In this document: positions 9,278 through 19,700 of the stretch, piece after piece
Layout of the letters: the number at the start of each line of letters is the position of its first letter
Position numbering within the stretch: the stretch's first letter is position 1
Source: Candidatus Latescibacterota bacterium
Lineage (GTDB): Bacteria > Latescibacterota > UBA2968 > GCA-2709665
Assembly: GCA_965203805.1 (NCBI GenBank)
Contig: OZ241917.1
Coordinates: 4,608,001 to 4,672,000 of the forward strand
Length of the DNA: 64,000 nt
Direction: 5' to 3'
Notes under the pieces: model-generated
Told to the model about the DNA's origin: nothing
The model's input: the letters and a program-made list of their open reading frames with translations, nothing else
Databases searched by the model: none
Made by a program: the position numbers and the translations under genes

Positions 9278-11398
9278 CTACCATCTCACGCGAAAACGTG
9301 TCATGGATTCGGCCTCGGCGCGTGCCAGCAGGTCCTCGACGATCACCCGGAATGCGCGCAATCCCGGCGCCGTACCGGCCATATCCACCCGCAGATACCG
9401 GGGTTCCCAATCCCGGGCGCCCCGGTACGTATATGACACCGCCGTGGTCCACTCCGGCTGCGGGTCATCCAGACGGCTCCTCTCGGGGATCACCTGGGTC
9501 TGATAGCCAATCCTGTAATGCGTGGCGCCGAAGGTATCGCGCGCCAGGTTGTACACCTCGAAATAAAACCATGCGCTTCCATCGCGCGAGCACTCCCGAA
9601 GCGGATTGGGCAGCACCATGAAACGGGCGCGGTCCATCGGCCACTCGTCCCGCTCCACGATGCGCCGCGCCATCAGCAGGCTGCTGATTTCCAGCGAATC
9701 GGCGCTGAACCGCCTGACCCGCAGGCGGTCCCGGAACGTGCCCACTTTCCTTGTGGCCTGGTCCTCCGCCTCTCCCGCCAGGTTATAGTCGCCTGGCGCC
9801 AGCGTCAACTGCTCGCTCGCGAGCAGGTATCCCCTCCTGGTGGAGACGTAGTCTATCCAGGGCATGCGCCGTACCCGGCCGACCTCCCGCCGCAGCGTAT
9901 CCCAGGCCGTGTCGAACAGGAACATCGCCTGCAACACGTCCACCGCGCGGACCCCGGGATTGACCTCTTCATGCGCGACCTTGTCGCCCGGAAGCGCATA
10001 GTATACCTCGACGCCGGTCTTCCCGCCATCGCGCCTGAACTGAGCGACCTGATAGGGAACGCTGTACTGATAAGGATAGCGGTAGTAGTCCGGTACCGCT
10101 TTGACCAGTTCGCTGAAATTGAGGCTCCGGCCGCCCAGCTTCGACTTGCCGAATCGCCACGAATCCCAGGAATTGGTGTTCAGGAACGACACCTCGAATC
10201 CCTCATACGTCCACGTATCCTTTCGAGGATGGAATTCGAAGATCCCGCCTGACGGGCGCCATTGCCGCCTCCTCATCTCCGCTTCCTCTTCGATGGTCTT
10301 TGTGAGGCCCAGATCGATGTCCGCCGGCGTCATGTGCCGCGCGACGGGGTCGCCGTACCGGATGTATGCCTGACCCCGGGCCGTTTCCCATCCGGCGTAT
10401 CCATTGATCGGGTCGCCGAACCGCAGGTTTGCGAAGGCCACCCGCCGGCATTGCTCCAGCATCCGTTCGTTGATCTCGCTCAGATACAGCGGATCTTTCC
10501 CGAACCAGAACTTCCGGATCGCTTCCTCGTCCGGCGGGGGCTCGTCGTTCTTCCAGGATTTCCTGTCCCGCATCAGAAAGACCGACTGCATGAACCGGCG
10601 CTGCCGGTCGGACAGCCGCGCCAGCCCGTCCACGTAGGCGCGGTAGGCCGCTTCCGGGTCACCCTTCGCCTGGTGGCCCAGCCCCTTGAAGAAAAAGGCG
10701 TCAGCGCGGCCAGGATTTCGTTCGATATCGTCCTTGAACAGGGAGATCAGCGCATCCGACCTTCGCGCCAGATAATATGCCAGCCCAAGGTGCACGCGGG
10801 ACGGCCAATGGCCGGGATCCAGCCACAGGGCGCGGCTCAGATAGTCGATCCCGACGTCCACGTCCATGTCCGCGTAACCGCGCTGCGCGAACGTGCGCCC
10901 CGCGGTCACGTCTCCGTCCCCCGCCACCCGAGCCTCGTCGCCCGCTCCCTCCCGCGTGAAGAACGTCATCTCCCACGACCAGACCACGAACCGCCCCGCC
11001 CAATAGTGCGCGCGCACGTTTTGCGGGTCCAGCGCGATGGCCTCCCGCGCCCTCTTGTACGATCCTGATCGGGGGCCGGTGCGCCAGAGCAGTTCCGCAA
11101 AGGTCGCCACGTATTCCGAGTTATCGGGTTCGCGCCCCAGCGCCCGCTTCAGGAGCGACCGCGCCTGCTGGCGCGAATACGTCGTGCCTTTTTTCAGCCG
11201 CAACCGCGCGAGCGCATGCAGGGCGCTTCCAGTCCTGTCTCGTTCGATCGCTTCCTTCAGCAGGTCCCTGCGTCTGTCCATTCCCAGCGAGGTATCCGTG
11301 GATGCCTGAACGAGCGAATCCACCGTCGCCGAATCCTCCTGCGAGGCTTGCGCAGCGACTGTCAGCGACAACAGGGTTACGAACGTCGATAGAATCAT
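9278..11398 (-). CDS. exported TPR + GWxTD domain protein (paralogue 2)
   Basis: Start at MILSTFVTLLSL (signal peptide). FWFGKDP...RRVAFANLRF...GWETARGQAYIRYGDP. Clearly homologous to 7058-9103. Confidence 0.85.
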   Translation of the reverse strand: MILSTFVTLLSLTVAAQASQEDSATVDSLVQASTDTSLGMDRRRDLLKEAIERDRTGSALHALARLRLKKGTTYSRQQARSLLKRALGREPDNSEYVATFAELLWRTGPRSGSYKRAREAIALDPQNVRAHYWAGRFVVWSWEMTFFTREGAGDEARVAGDGDVTAGRTFAQRGYADMDVDVGIDYLSRALWLDPGHWPSRVHLGLAYYLARRSDALISLFKDDIERNPGRADAFFFKGLGHQAKGDPEAAYRAYVDGLARLSDRQRRFMQSVFLMRDRKSWKNDEPPPDEEAIRKFWFGKDPLYLSEINERMLEQCRRVAFANLRFGDPINGYAGWETARGQAYIRYGDPVARHMTPADIDLGLTKTIEEEAEMRRRQWRPSGGIFEFHPRKDTWTYEGFEVSFLNTNSWDSWRFGKSKLGGRSLNFSELVKAVPDYYRYPYQYSVPYQVAQFRRDGGKTGVEVYYALPGDKVAHEEVNPGVRAVDVLQAMFLFDTAWDTLRREVGRVRRMPWIDYVSTRRGYLLASEQLTLAPGDYNLAGEAEDQATRKVGTFRDRLRVRRFSADSLEISSLLMARRIVERDEWPMDRARFMVLPNPLRECSRDGSAWFYFEVYNLARDTFGATHYRIGYQTQVIPERSRLDDPQPEWTTAVSYTYRGARDWEPRYLRVDMAGTAPGLRAFRVIVEDLLARAEAESMTRFRVRW

Positions 11399-11463
11399 TC
11401 GTATCTCCGAAATCCCGGCGGATTTCGATTCTCCCGGCATCGATCCATTCGATTGGTTGCCGG

Positions 11464-12576
11464 CTACGCGGCGCGAATAGTCTCGTGCGCGCGGCTGTAT
11501 CGAGCCAAGGCGTCCACATCCAGTTCGCACCCCAGACCGGGGTCCATGGGAACCGGCGCGAATCCATCCTCAAATGCGATCTGCTCCCGGATCAGGTTGC
11601 TTTCCCGGACCCAGCTTCCCACGATGTCCGACGCCATGGTGCAGTTGGGCGCCGCGGAAACCGCGTGTACGTACGACGCTTCCAGGATTCCCAGATCCAC
11701 GCCCGATCCGTGCCAGCAGCGCAGCCCGGCCGCCTGCGCCACGGCGGCGCTTTTTACGAAGCCCGCCATGCTCCCCCCCAGGTTCACGCAGTCCACCACG
11801 CCTGCCTTCACCGCCCGAATCACGTCCGAACCGCTCCCCAGGTGCATCGCAATGGGGATATTGACGGCCTCGTAAATGGCAACGTAACCCTCCAGGTCCG
11901 ACTTGGGAATCGGGTCTTCGAATACCTCCACGTTGCCCAGCGGCTCGAGTTGTCCGGCGAGTTCGATCGTCTGCTCGGCCGTGCGGAACCGCTCGTTGGG
12001 GTCGACGGTGACCTTGAATTCCGGGCCGGCGACGTCCCGGATGGCCCGCAGCCGTTCCACCATCGGTTCCTCGATCTTGCACTTGATTTTGATCCCCTTG
12101 AAGCCGTGCTCGAGCGCCCGCGCGACGGTCCGCTTTCCGTCTTCCGGCGTCTGGGACCCCATCCAGTAGTCCGCCCGCACCCGGTCTCGAACGGCGCCGC
12201 CGAGCAGGGTGTGCACGGGAATTCCGCGCGCCCGGCCGATCAGGTCGTATACCGCCATCTCGAGTGCGTGATACGCGGGGCCCGTTCCCACTTCCAGCAT
12301 CTTCTCGGCGCCGTCGGCGCGAGGTTCGTAAATATTCTGCAGCGTCAGGGTTTCGGGGTCCTTGCCCAGCACCAGGTCCGCGCCCGCGCGCACGTCCTCG
12401 ATGGGCACACCCCTGCCGGTCTCTCCCAGGCCGTAGGTTTCGGTGTCCGTGTTGATTCGAAGGATATGTTTCGGCACCACGTCCCACCCGACTTCGGGGA
12501 CCCATTCGGGGCTGTTCACGCGCCCCGGAAGACTCGGCACGACCACGGTCCATACGTCCATCGACGTCATTTTCAT
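11464..12576 (-). CDS. mandelate racemase/muconate lactonizing enzyme (enolase superfamily)
   Basis: GLGET, ALEMAVYDLIGRARGIPVHTLLGG, KIK, VDPNE, FEDP, PGLG. Confidence 0.9.
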   Translation of the reverse strand: MKMTSMDVWTVVVPSLPGRVNSPEWVPEVGWDVVPKHILRINTDTETYGLGETGRGVPIEDVRAGADLVLGKDPETLTLQNIYEPRADGAEKMLEVGTGPAYHALEMAVYDLIGRARGIPVHTLLGGAVRDRVRADYWMGSQTPEDGKRTVARALEHGFKGIKIKCKIEEPMVERLRAIRDVAGPEFKVTVDPNERFRTAEQTIELAGQLEPLGNVEVFEDPIPKSDLEGYVAIYEAVNIPIAMHLGSGSDVIRAVKAGVVDCVNLGGSMAGFVKSAAVAQAAGLRCWHGSGVDLGILEASYVHAVSAAPNCTMASDIVGSWVRESNLIREQIAFEDGFAPVPMDPGLGCELDVDALARYSRAHETIRAA

Positions 12577-12614
12577 CGTTCACTCCTCGGTTATTGGATT
12601 TCGGGATATATGGT

Positions 12615-12664
12615 TTGACATTGACACTGCTATACTGTATATTGAAAGTAATACACTAATACAC
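12615..12664 (+). promoter_or_regulatory. sigma70 promoter overlapped by a YtrA-type operator
   Basis: TTGACA (12615)-17 bp-TATATT (12638). TGTA-N12-TACA inverted repeat (12636-12655) plus direct repeat TAATACAC x2, directly upstream of the GntR gene. Confidence 0.75.
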
Positions 12665-12680
12665 CCTGGAGAACCGACCC

Positions 12681-13073
12681 GTGCTGATTGCAATCGACCA
12701 CCACAGCGGCGTGCCGGTCTACCGGCAGTTGATGGATCAGATCAAGTTTCATATCGCGAGCGGCCTGTTGAATGCTGGCGAAAAACTGCCCACCACGCGC
12801 TCCCTCTCGGCGGAACTGGGCGTGAACCCGATGACGGTCAGCAAGGCCTACGGCTATTTGGAGGCCGAGGGCATCCTGGAGCGGCGGCGCGGACTTCCGC
12901 TGACCGTCAGTCACCTGAGACCCGAAAAGATCGAGGTGCAAAAGCTCCATCGGCTGCGGCAAAGCCTGGCGCCCATCGTGGCCATCGCAAGACAACTCGG
13001 TGTTGAAAAATCGCAGGCCCTGGAACTGTTCGGCCGGATGCTGGACGATGCCGAGGATCAGGAGGAGTCATAA
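12681..13073 (+). CDS. GntR family transcriptional regulator, YtrA subfamily
   Basis: PVYRQLMDQI...GEKLPTTRSLSAELGVNPMTVSKAY; short C-terminus; heads an ABC operon. Confidence 0.9.
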   Translation: MLIAIDHHSGVPVYRQLMDQIKFHIASGLLNAGEKLPTTRSLSAELGVNPMTVSKAYGYLEAEGILERRRGLPLTVSHLRPEKIEVQKLHRLRQSLAPIVAIARQLGVEKSQALELFGRMLDDAEDQEES

Positions 13074-13074
13074 T

Positions 13075-13959
13075 ATGGAATCCGCATTCGAAGTCAAGAA
13101 CCTGACGAAGACGTTTGGAGACGTCACCGCGCTGGACAACGTGAGCGTGTCCGTTCCCGGGCCGGCGGTTGTGGGCCTCATCGGCAGAAACGGGAGCGGA
13201 AAGACAACGCTGCTTCGCCACGTCATCGGCCTATACCTGCCAACCAGCGGGCATTGCACCACCCTTGGATGCCCCAGCGACAAGCTGGGTTCCGACGAAC
13301 TCTCGCGCATCGGCGTCGTCCACCAGGAGAACCGGTTTCTGGAATGGATGAAGGTGGAGCAGCAACTGCGCTATGTCTCCTCGTTCTACAAACGTTGGGA
13401 CAAGGACCTGGAACAGCGCCTGGTCGACGAACTGGAACTGGAGCCCTCGGCGCGCGTGGGGACGCTCTCGCCAGGCAACGCGCAGAAGCTGGGCATCATT
13501 CTCGCCGTCTGCCACCGCCCGGACCTGCTGATCCTGGACGAACCGATCAGCGGCCTGGACCCCATCACGCGCGAGCAATTTCTGAGATTCCTCCTGGAAC
13601 TCCTCCATCAGGACGCGAATACGATCGTCATTTCGTCACACGTCCTGCACGACGTCGAGAAAGTCATCAACCGGGTGATCTGCCTCGACAAGGGCCGGAT
13701 CAAGGCGGACGCCTCGCTGGACGACCTCCAGGAGCGATTCGCCGAGTGGCGGGTGACCGTCAAGGCCGGCAGACTCCCCACGCGCTTCGAAGAAGACTTC
13801 GTCGTGTCACAGGAGGTGGACAGCTACCAGGCCCGACTGCTCGTGAAAGGAGCATCGGACAACCTGGACGCATTCAAAACGAAATACGGCGTGGACGTCG
13901 ACAGCAGCCCGCTCAACCTGGAGAGCATGTTCCCGCTCCTTCTGCAGGAGAACGCATGA
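13075..13959 (+). CDS. ABC transporter ATP-binding protein (YtrB-like)
   Basis: Walker A GRNGSGKTT, LSPGN signature, Walker B LLILDEP, SSH. Confidence 0.92.
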   Translation: MESAFEVKNLTKTFGDVTALDNVSVSVPGPAVVGLIGRNGSGKTTLLRHVIGLYLPTSGHCTTLGCPSDKLGSDELSRIGVVHQENRFLEWMKVEQQLRYVSSFYKRWDKDLEQRLVDELELEPSARVGTLSPGNAQKLGIILAVCHRPDLLILDEPISGLDPITREQFLRFLLELLHQDANTIVISSHVLHDVEKVINRVICLDKGRIKADASLDDLQERFAEWRVTVKAGRLPTRFEEDFVVSQEVDSYQARLLVKGASDNLDAFKTKYGVDVDSSPLNLESMFPLLLQENA

Positions 13960-15296
13960 TGGGGTTCTACGCCCTCTACCGGCTTCTCTGGCGTCCGATG
14001 ATCCTTGGATTCTATGTGCTCTTTGCCGGAATGACCCTGCTGGTGCTTTCGGTTGTCAGCACGGAATTTCACGCCGCCCCTGAGGTGCGACGCCTTAACC
14101 TGTTTACTCTGATTATACCTGCTTTTTCTGGCCTATTTGTGGGACAACGTGTAGGAGAGATCCAGTACACACTTTATTCGTGGACGTTACCGGGAATGCG
14201 CAGATTGCTCGTTTCCTCCATACATCTCACGGGCATCGCAACGGCAGTTGTTACGATCCTGGTCTACGACTGGCTCGGCGGTTCCGTCCCGCTTGCCCCC
14301 ATTTTAATGTCCGGTCTTCTCTGGTATGCGATGGCCTACATAGTCGGAACCTATGAATTCCTGGATGGGCCATCGAGGTTGGACCGAAGTTCCGCATCCA
14401 TGCTATTGCCGATTTTCCTGTTTGTAATCATCGCATACTGCATCGACGCAATGGTAGAACTTTACGCTGCCCAGCCAGTCCTTTGCTCCATTCTAACATT
14501 GGCAGGTGCGTTGTTCTATCTGAATCGCGGCTTTGCTGCTGGCACCGCCAGAAGAAAATCGCTTGTTTCAATGCCAACGTTCGATCGCGGTGCTTTCGGG
14601 TCCTGGGAATTGCCAACATATTCGTGGCCGAGAAAAGCCACCAGGGTATGGAGGCATGCCGCTCCGATAACCGGCACGGTTGAATGGATCCGAGCAGGAA
14701 GGTACGAGATCGACTGCAGGACTCGAATCGGGTGGGTGAATACGGCAATACTATATTCCGTTGGCGTAATGGTCGCATCGGCGGTCATGGTCTGGTTTGC
14801 AGGCCCGGAAATCACGGGAGTTCCTGTCGTCGTGCCTGTAATCATGGTGCTTTCCGTGTTCCATCAGTCACCATACGTACAAAAAGGCTGGGCCTATCCG
14901 CTTTCGCGAGCGCAACTGGCGAGGCTCGGGTATTGGAGTAGCCTTCTCCATAACTTTGTCTACTGCGGAATTATGTTAGTGGCGTTCCTCGTCCTTGACG
15001 GCCTCGCTGGCATCTACGCCGGACTTGATCTCGCGCGTCCTATCGTGCTGATATTCATATGCATTCCGGTCATCCAGTGGGTGAGACTGCGATACCGATA
15101 CGATCAGCTTTGGTCTTATGTGGTAATGGCGCTATTCATTATTGGCTATTCGAGCCTGATTCCGATATGGATTGATCTGGGTCCGCGCGCATTTATCGGA
15201 TACGAGGTCGGCGCTGTTATTGCTCTCATCCTCCTCTCCCAGTTCCTCTTTCACTACAAGATCGAGAAGTATTATAAAACCGCCGATCTCGTCTGA
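13956..15296 (+). CDS. ABC transporter permease-like membrane protein 1
   Basis: Start MMGFYAL overlaps the ATPase stop (ATGA); about 10-12 TM segments; AT-richer. Confidence 0.7.
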   Translation: MMGFYALYRLLWRPMILGFYVLFAGMTLLVLSVVSTEFHAAPEVRRLNLFTLIIPAFSGLFVGQRVGEIQYTLYSWTLPGMRRLLVSSIHLTGIATAVVTILVYDWLGGSVPLAPILMSGLLWYAMAYIVGTYEFLDGPSRLDRSSASMLLPIFLFVIIAYCIDAMVELYAAQPVLCSILTLAGALFYLNRGFAAGTARRKSLVSMPTFDRGAFGSWELPTYSWPRKATRVWRHAAPITGTVEWIRAGRYEIDCRTRIGWVNTAILYSVGVMVASAVMVWFAGPEITGVPVVVPVIMVLSVFHQSPYVQKGWAYPLSRAQLARLGYWSSLLHNFVYCGIMLVAFLVLDGLAGIYAGLDLARPIVLIFICIPVIQWVRLRYRYDQLWSYVVMALFIIGYSSLIPIWIDLGPRAFIGYEVGAVIALILLSQFLFHYKIEKYYKTADLV

Positions 15297-15336
15297 CGTT
15301 GCGTGGCGACGGCGGGGTACAGCAACGGAGAAATCC

Positions 15337-16737
15337 ATGTGGTTTTACGCGTTGTTCGGATTGCTATGGCGCAAAGGGACCGTCCTGTACCTCTTCGGCC
15401 AGGGATTGCCGATCGCGTATTTCCTGTTTGCCTATACGGACCAGCCATTCCCCGGTACACCCACGCCAGGCCGTCTTAATTTTCTCAGCTTTCTCATCGC
15501 GGCATTTATTGGACAGGATCTTGGGTTTGCCTTGCGCGAGCTTCAGCACACCCTGATCTCGTGGACGCTGCCCAAGCTGCGAAGGCGACTCTTCATTTCA
15601 TTGCTATTGGCCGGCATCGTCACCGCGATGACTGTGACGTGCGCATACAAATCGCTCGGCGGTCCTGGACCATCGCTCGCGATTCTCGCGTCTGTTCTCC
15701 TCTGGTATAGTATGGGAGTGGCCGTCGGAAGAGGTTCAATACCGAGATTTTGGAGTTTACGCATCTCCTATGACCAACTTTCGACTCTAACTCTGTTTCT
15801 ATTGGTCGTTGCCGGTTTTTCGATCAATCACATCGTCGATTTTTGCGGCACCCACGCCCTTCTGTGCGTCTTCGTGTCAATGCTGGGAGCCTCGTTCTTC
15901 CTCCATAGGAATCTTTCTGTCAACGTTGCCCGGCGGAATTCACAGATCTCCATAGCGGAACTGACGGCATGGAAGGGAGTTTCGAGGCGGAAATGGCAGC
16001 AAAGACGTCCGATTACCGGCCTGTTCAACTGGATCCGAGCCGGGGCATACGAAAACCACGGTTTCGTCCGCGGAGGATGGCCGGTCATCGCCGTCGGAAC
16101 GTCATGCATTGCCGCGCTAATAGTGACCGGTATGGCATACTACAAGGGATACAGCACGGGATCTCATGAAATGGGGATTCAGTTCATATACACTGCCATA
16201 TTCGATGCTTCATCGGTAAGGAATATACCCGTACTCATATCGATCTTTCCCGCCATGTTTGTTGCTTTCCATGCCGTGATCGGATCGTGTCATCTCAAGG
16301 GTAATTTGCACTATCCGCTTGCCCGTCACCAATTGGCAAGGCTCGCGTATTGGGGTAGTCTCGTTCACAACGCTGTTTTCTGTGGGATGCTGCTACTGAC
16401 CTTTCACCTTTCGGGAAGCCTGGCCTGGTTCAATACAGGAGGGGTGGCACCGTTCAAGCTTGTCCCTGATTCTGCCCTTCCACTCATCCTGATGTTTGCC
16501 TTCAGCCCGTTTCTTTCCTGGATGTGCCTGCGATATGGACAAAGTTCGCCTTCGAATGTAGTAATTCTGCTTCTCTACACATTTGTCGTTGGGTTGTTGG
16601 GTGTGCTATGGCTCGAAGAGGGTTCCGGCATTTCGGATCTCTATGGGATCATCGGGGGCATTGCGATGATTCTCCTCTCCCAGTTCCTCTTTCGCTATAA
16701 AATCGAGAGGTATTATCGAACCGCCGATCTCGTCTGA
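15337..16737 (+). CDS. ABC transporter permease-like membrane protein 2 (paralogue)
   Basis: GGAGA RBS before MWFYAL. Shares SWTLP, YPL.R.QLARL.YW.SL.HN and LLSQFLF.YKIE.YY.TADLV with permease 1. Confidence 0.7.
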   Translation: MWFYALFGLLWRKGTVLYLFGQGLPIAYFLFAYTDQPFPGTPTPGRLNFLSFLIAAFIGQDLGFALRELQHTLISWTLPKLRRRLFISLLLAGIVTAMTVTCAYKSLGGPGPSLAILASVLLWYSMGVAVGRGSIPRFWSLRISYDQLSTLTLFLLVVAGFSINHIVDFCGTHALLCVFVSMLGASFFLHRNLSVNVARRNSQISIAELTAWKGVSRRKWQQRRPITGLFNWIRAGAYENHGFVRGGWPVIAVGTSCIAALIVTGMAYYKGYSTGSHEMGIQFIYTAIFDASSVRNIPVLISIFPAMFVAFHAVIGSCHLKGNLHYPLARHQLARLAYWGSLVHNAVFCGMLLLTFHLSGSLAWFNTGGVAPFKLVPDSALPLILMFAFSPFLSWMCLRYGQSSPSNVVILLLYTFVVGLLGVLWLEEGSGISDLYGIIGGIAMILLSQFLFRYKIERYYRTADLV

Positions 16738-16772
16738 CGTTGCGATGCGTGGCGGCGGGTTTGGGATTTGCC

Positions 16773-19700
16773 CTACGGCAGTTCCTCGAATTCACTCCAG
16801 ATAGCGCCCGCTCTTGCCGCTTCGAGTCCGGTGGTCGGCAGGAGGAAAAAGAGCCCCTGAATCCGTTCCCCGGGTCCCATCCACCGTTCCAGGTTGCCAT
16901 TGAGAAAGCACCCGACCTCGCCCAGCGCGAACCCCGCGGCGCGCGCCCCCTCCCCGGCCGCGCTCAGGAACAACGCCTCTCCGTTCTTCCCGACGAGACC
17001 GCCCCATTTCCAGTTTCCGCCGCTGGTCCAGTGGGGCGCCGCAAGCGTTGAGACCGACTCGTCGGTCGCGTTATGGAACGTCGCGGTTCCGGGAGACGCG
17101 GCGAACGCCGGCCAGATTTCGAAGCCCACGTCCCCATCGGTGCCGATGCCGAGTTCGTCCCGACACGTCACGAGAACGGCCAGAACGTCCGCGCCGGGCG
17201 CCAGCAGATAATCCAGCGAGATCGACTGACCGCGGGCGTGCTCCTGCGCGATGCGGCAATAGACGCGCACCCCGCTCCAGACCAGTCCCTGGCGCCCCTT
17301 CCGTTCGATCACCCGGTACCGGAACCGTTCCTTGTAGAGCGTATCTTCCAGCCGCTCGTACTCCGGCGAAATGCCGCCGTGCCAGGGGTTCATCCAGGCG
17401 CGCGGCTCCGCGTCCGGATAAGGGCTGTTGAGATACTCCACGCCCTCCCGCCGCAGAGAGATCACGGATCCCAGGAAAGAAGGCGCGACCTTCACGGCCA
17501 GTATCCCGTTGTCTACTAAAATGACGCGTCCCTTCTCCAGGCGCGACACCGTCACCCTGCCGGAATCACCTGGAAGGATCAGCGCCTTTTCCCTGAACCT
17601 GTAGACTGCCTCCTCCGTCTCGAATCGAACGCCGATTTCATTCGCTCCGGGCCGGGTCCGGCCTGTAGGACGAAAGGCCACCTTCTGATCCACCGGGTTT
17701 GATTCACAGAGCCCCGTGACGTCGACGTCCGTCACGTCCGCGCTCAGGCCGACGGACGGTTCAACAATGAGTTCGCCGTCCAGCGTGTGCCTGCCGACGT
17801 GATCGAGGCGCAATGTGGCATCGGCGCGCTCTCCCGCCACGATCAGCGGGCGCGGTTCGATGCGGCACTCGATCGGCCTTCGCGTGGGCGCAGCCGATGT
17901 CTCGGTTTCCGGAACGCTGCCGAACATGGTCCGCCACCAGGCCCGGACCGTCTCCCGGTTCCCGTCTCCGGCAAAAACGTTGACAGGGTCCAGCGACCGC
18001 GACTCCCCCGGCTTCACGCGAACAGCTCGAGTTCGAAGACTGCCCCAGGGGCCTGGGCTCACACGCTCGGCCCGGTCCCACAGAATCCCGGTGGCACAGC
18101 CATCCTCTCTTTCCACGCAGAACCATCCCTCCGGCCAAGCTTCCGCTTCCTCCGAAAGCCTGAGGTCGTCCAGGTCCCGTCCTCCCGAACCGAAGGCCTG
18201 CCGGGCAACCCCTTGTCTTCCGGGCACGACCAGAGACGCAATGCGTCCCATTTGCATCCACCAGCTTTGCGACGCCGAAAGGTCCAGCGGCAGCGAAGTT
18301 CCATTGATTACCGTATCCTGCACCCCGACCAGCGGGCCCTGTCCAACCCGGACGTTTCTTTCCAGCCACACCCCCGGTCGTAACACGGAAGGGGTCCGCA
18401 GGCGGAGCACGACACCGAAGCCGTCCCGTTCGACCCGCGCCTCGGCCTTCTCCTGAAACAGGTCGCCGCCGGAAAAGGGCGGGCCGAGCCTCGGCGTCTG
18501 CAGCTTCAGCCGGCGGGCCCTCAGCGCTCGCAGCGTGTGAAAGATGTATAGCTCGCCGCTGCGCAGGCTCGCGCTGACCATCAGACCGCCGCCGCAGAGC
18601 AGGGCGCCGTCCGCGCCTACGCCGGCGGACACACCGCCCGGCTCAACGGCCAGCAGGTCCAGGCGTTTGGTCTTGACCGGAATGTCCTTGCTGTCCACCG
18701 AGGCGGTCGTCTCGACGTCGATCGCACCGGGTCCGGCCCCTGGAGCCGTCACCGGTACTGCCAACTCGGCCCCGCCCTTCGGGTCGAGCATCACCTGTTG
18801 TTCGCCCGCGACGATATCGACGCCACCTGCGGGCGCCACCCGAAGCCGCGCAGTGCAGGCCTCGTCCAGGTTCGACCGCAGGGTCAGCTTCGCTTCCTGC
18901 CGTTTTCCCGGCGTCAGGATCGAGCGAACGACATCCAGGGAAACGTCAACCGCCTGCCGCGCGGCGATCCCGGCCGCCAGTTCGATCCCCACGTCGTCGA
19001 TCGCCAGGTCGGTCCGTAGCACCGCCGCTTTGGGCTCCCGCGTCTTCTCCTCGATACCCGGATCGATGACGAACGTGCCCTCGATTTCGACGGCGTCCGA
19101 GACGTCCAGCGCCTCGCGCGTGTCGACATTGACACCCGGATCGCCTGAGGCTGCGAGAAAGACGCGCGCCGGTTGCGGCTTCCTGTTCTCGATGCGCCAG
19201 CGCACGGCGTGCGGGACGCCCGCGACCAGCTTCTCATCGGGCAGGCTGCACGACGCCATCAGATCGCCGGTCTCGATCTCGATGATCCCCCAGCTCTGCC
19301 GGTCGAACACCAGTCTGAGCAGGTCGCCGTCGGGCGCGCGCCACTCATATTCGTAGACCTTCACCCTGCCCCGCGTCATCACGTCTTCTTCGGTACGGAG
19401 TTCCCGCACCTGGGTGTCGTACCAGTCGTGCCTGGCAAAGAAAGCGGCGGCGAGCGGGTGCCGCCGGGCGGCGGGCGTGAAGTTTTCCATGTGCACCGAC
19501 GAGTCCGGCCGCCACATGAAACCCATCTTCTTGTACAGGGGTACGGCCTGCAGGTTTCCCGGCCAGGTGTAAAGGTCGACCTTCCGGCAGCCCGCCTCGT
19601 ACGCGCGGTCCATCGCGCCCCACAGCGCCGACTTCCCGTGCTTCTTCCCGTGGTAATCGGGATGGCAATTGAGGTGCGGGATAAACGCCTGCGCCTTCTG

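Noticed and set aside
13254-13955. Apparent long N-terminal extension of permease 1 (likewise 45768-46484, 31125-31509, 28782-28997)
   Set aside because: These overlap upstream genes or repeats. Downstream starts fit paralogue alignment or the RBS better.
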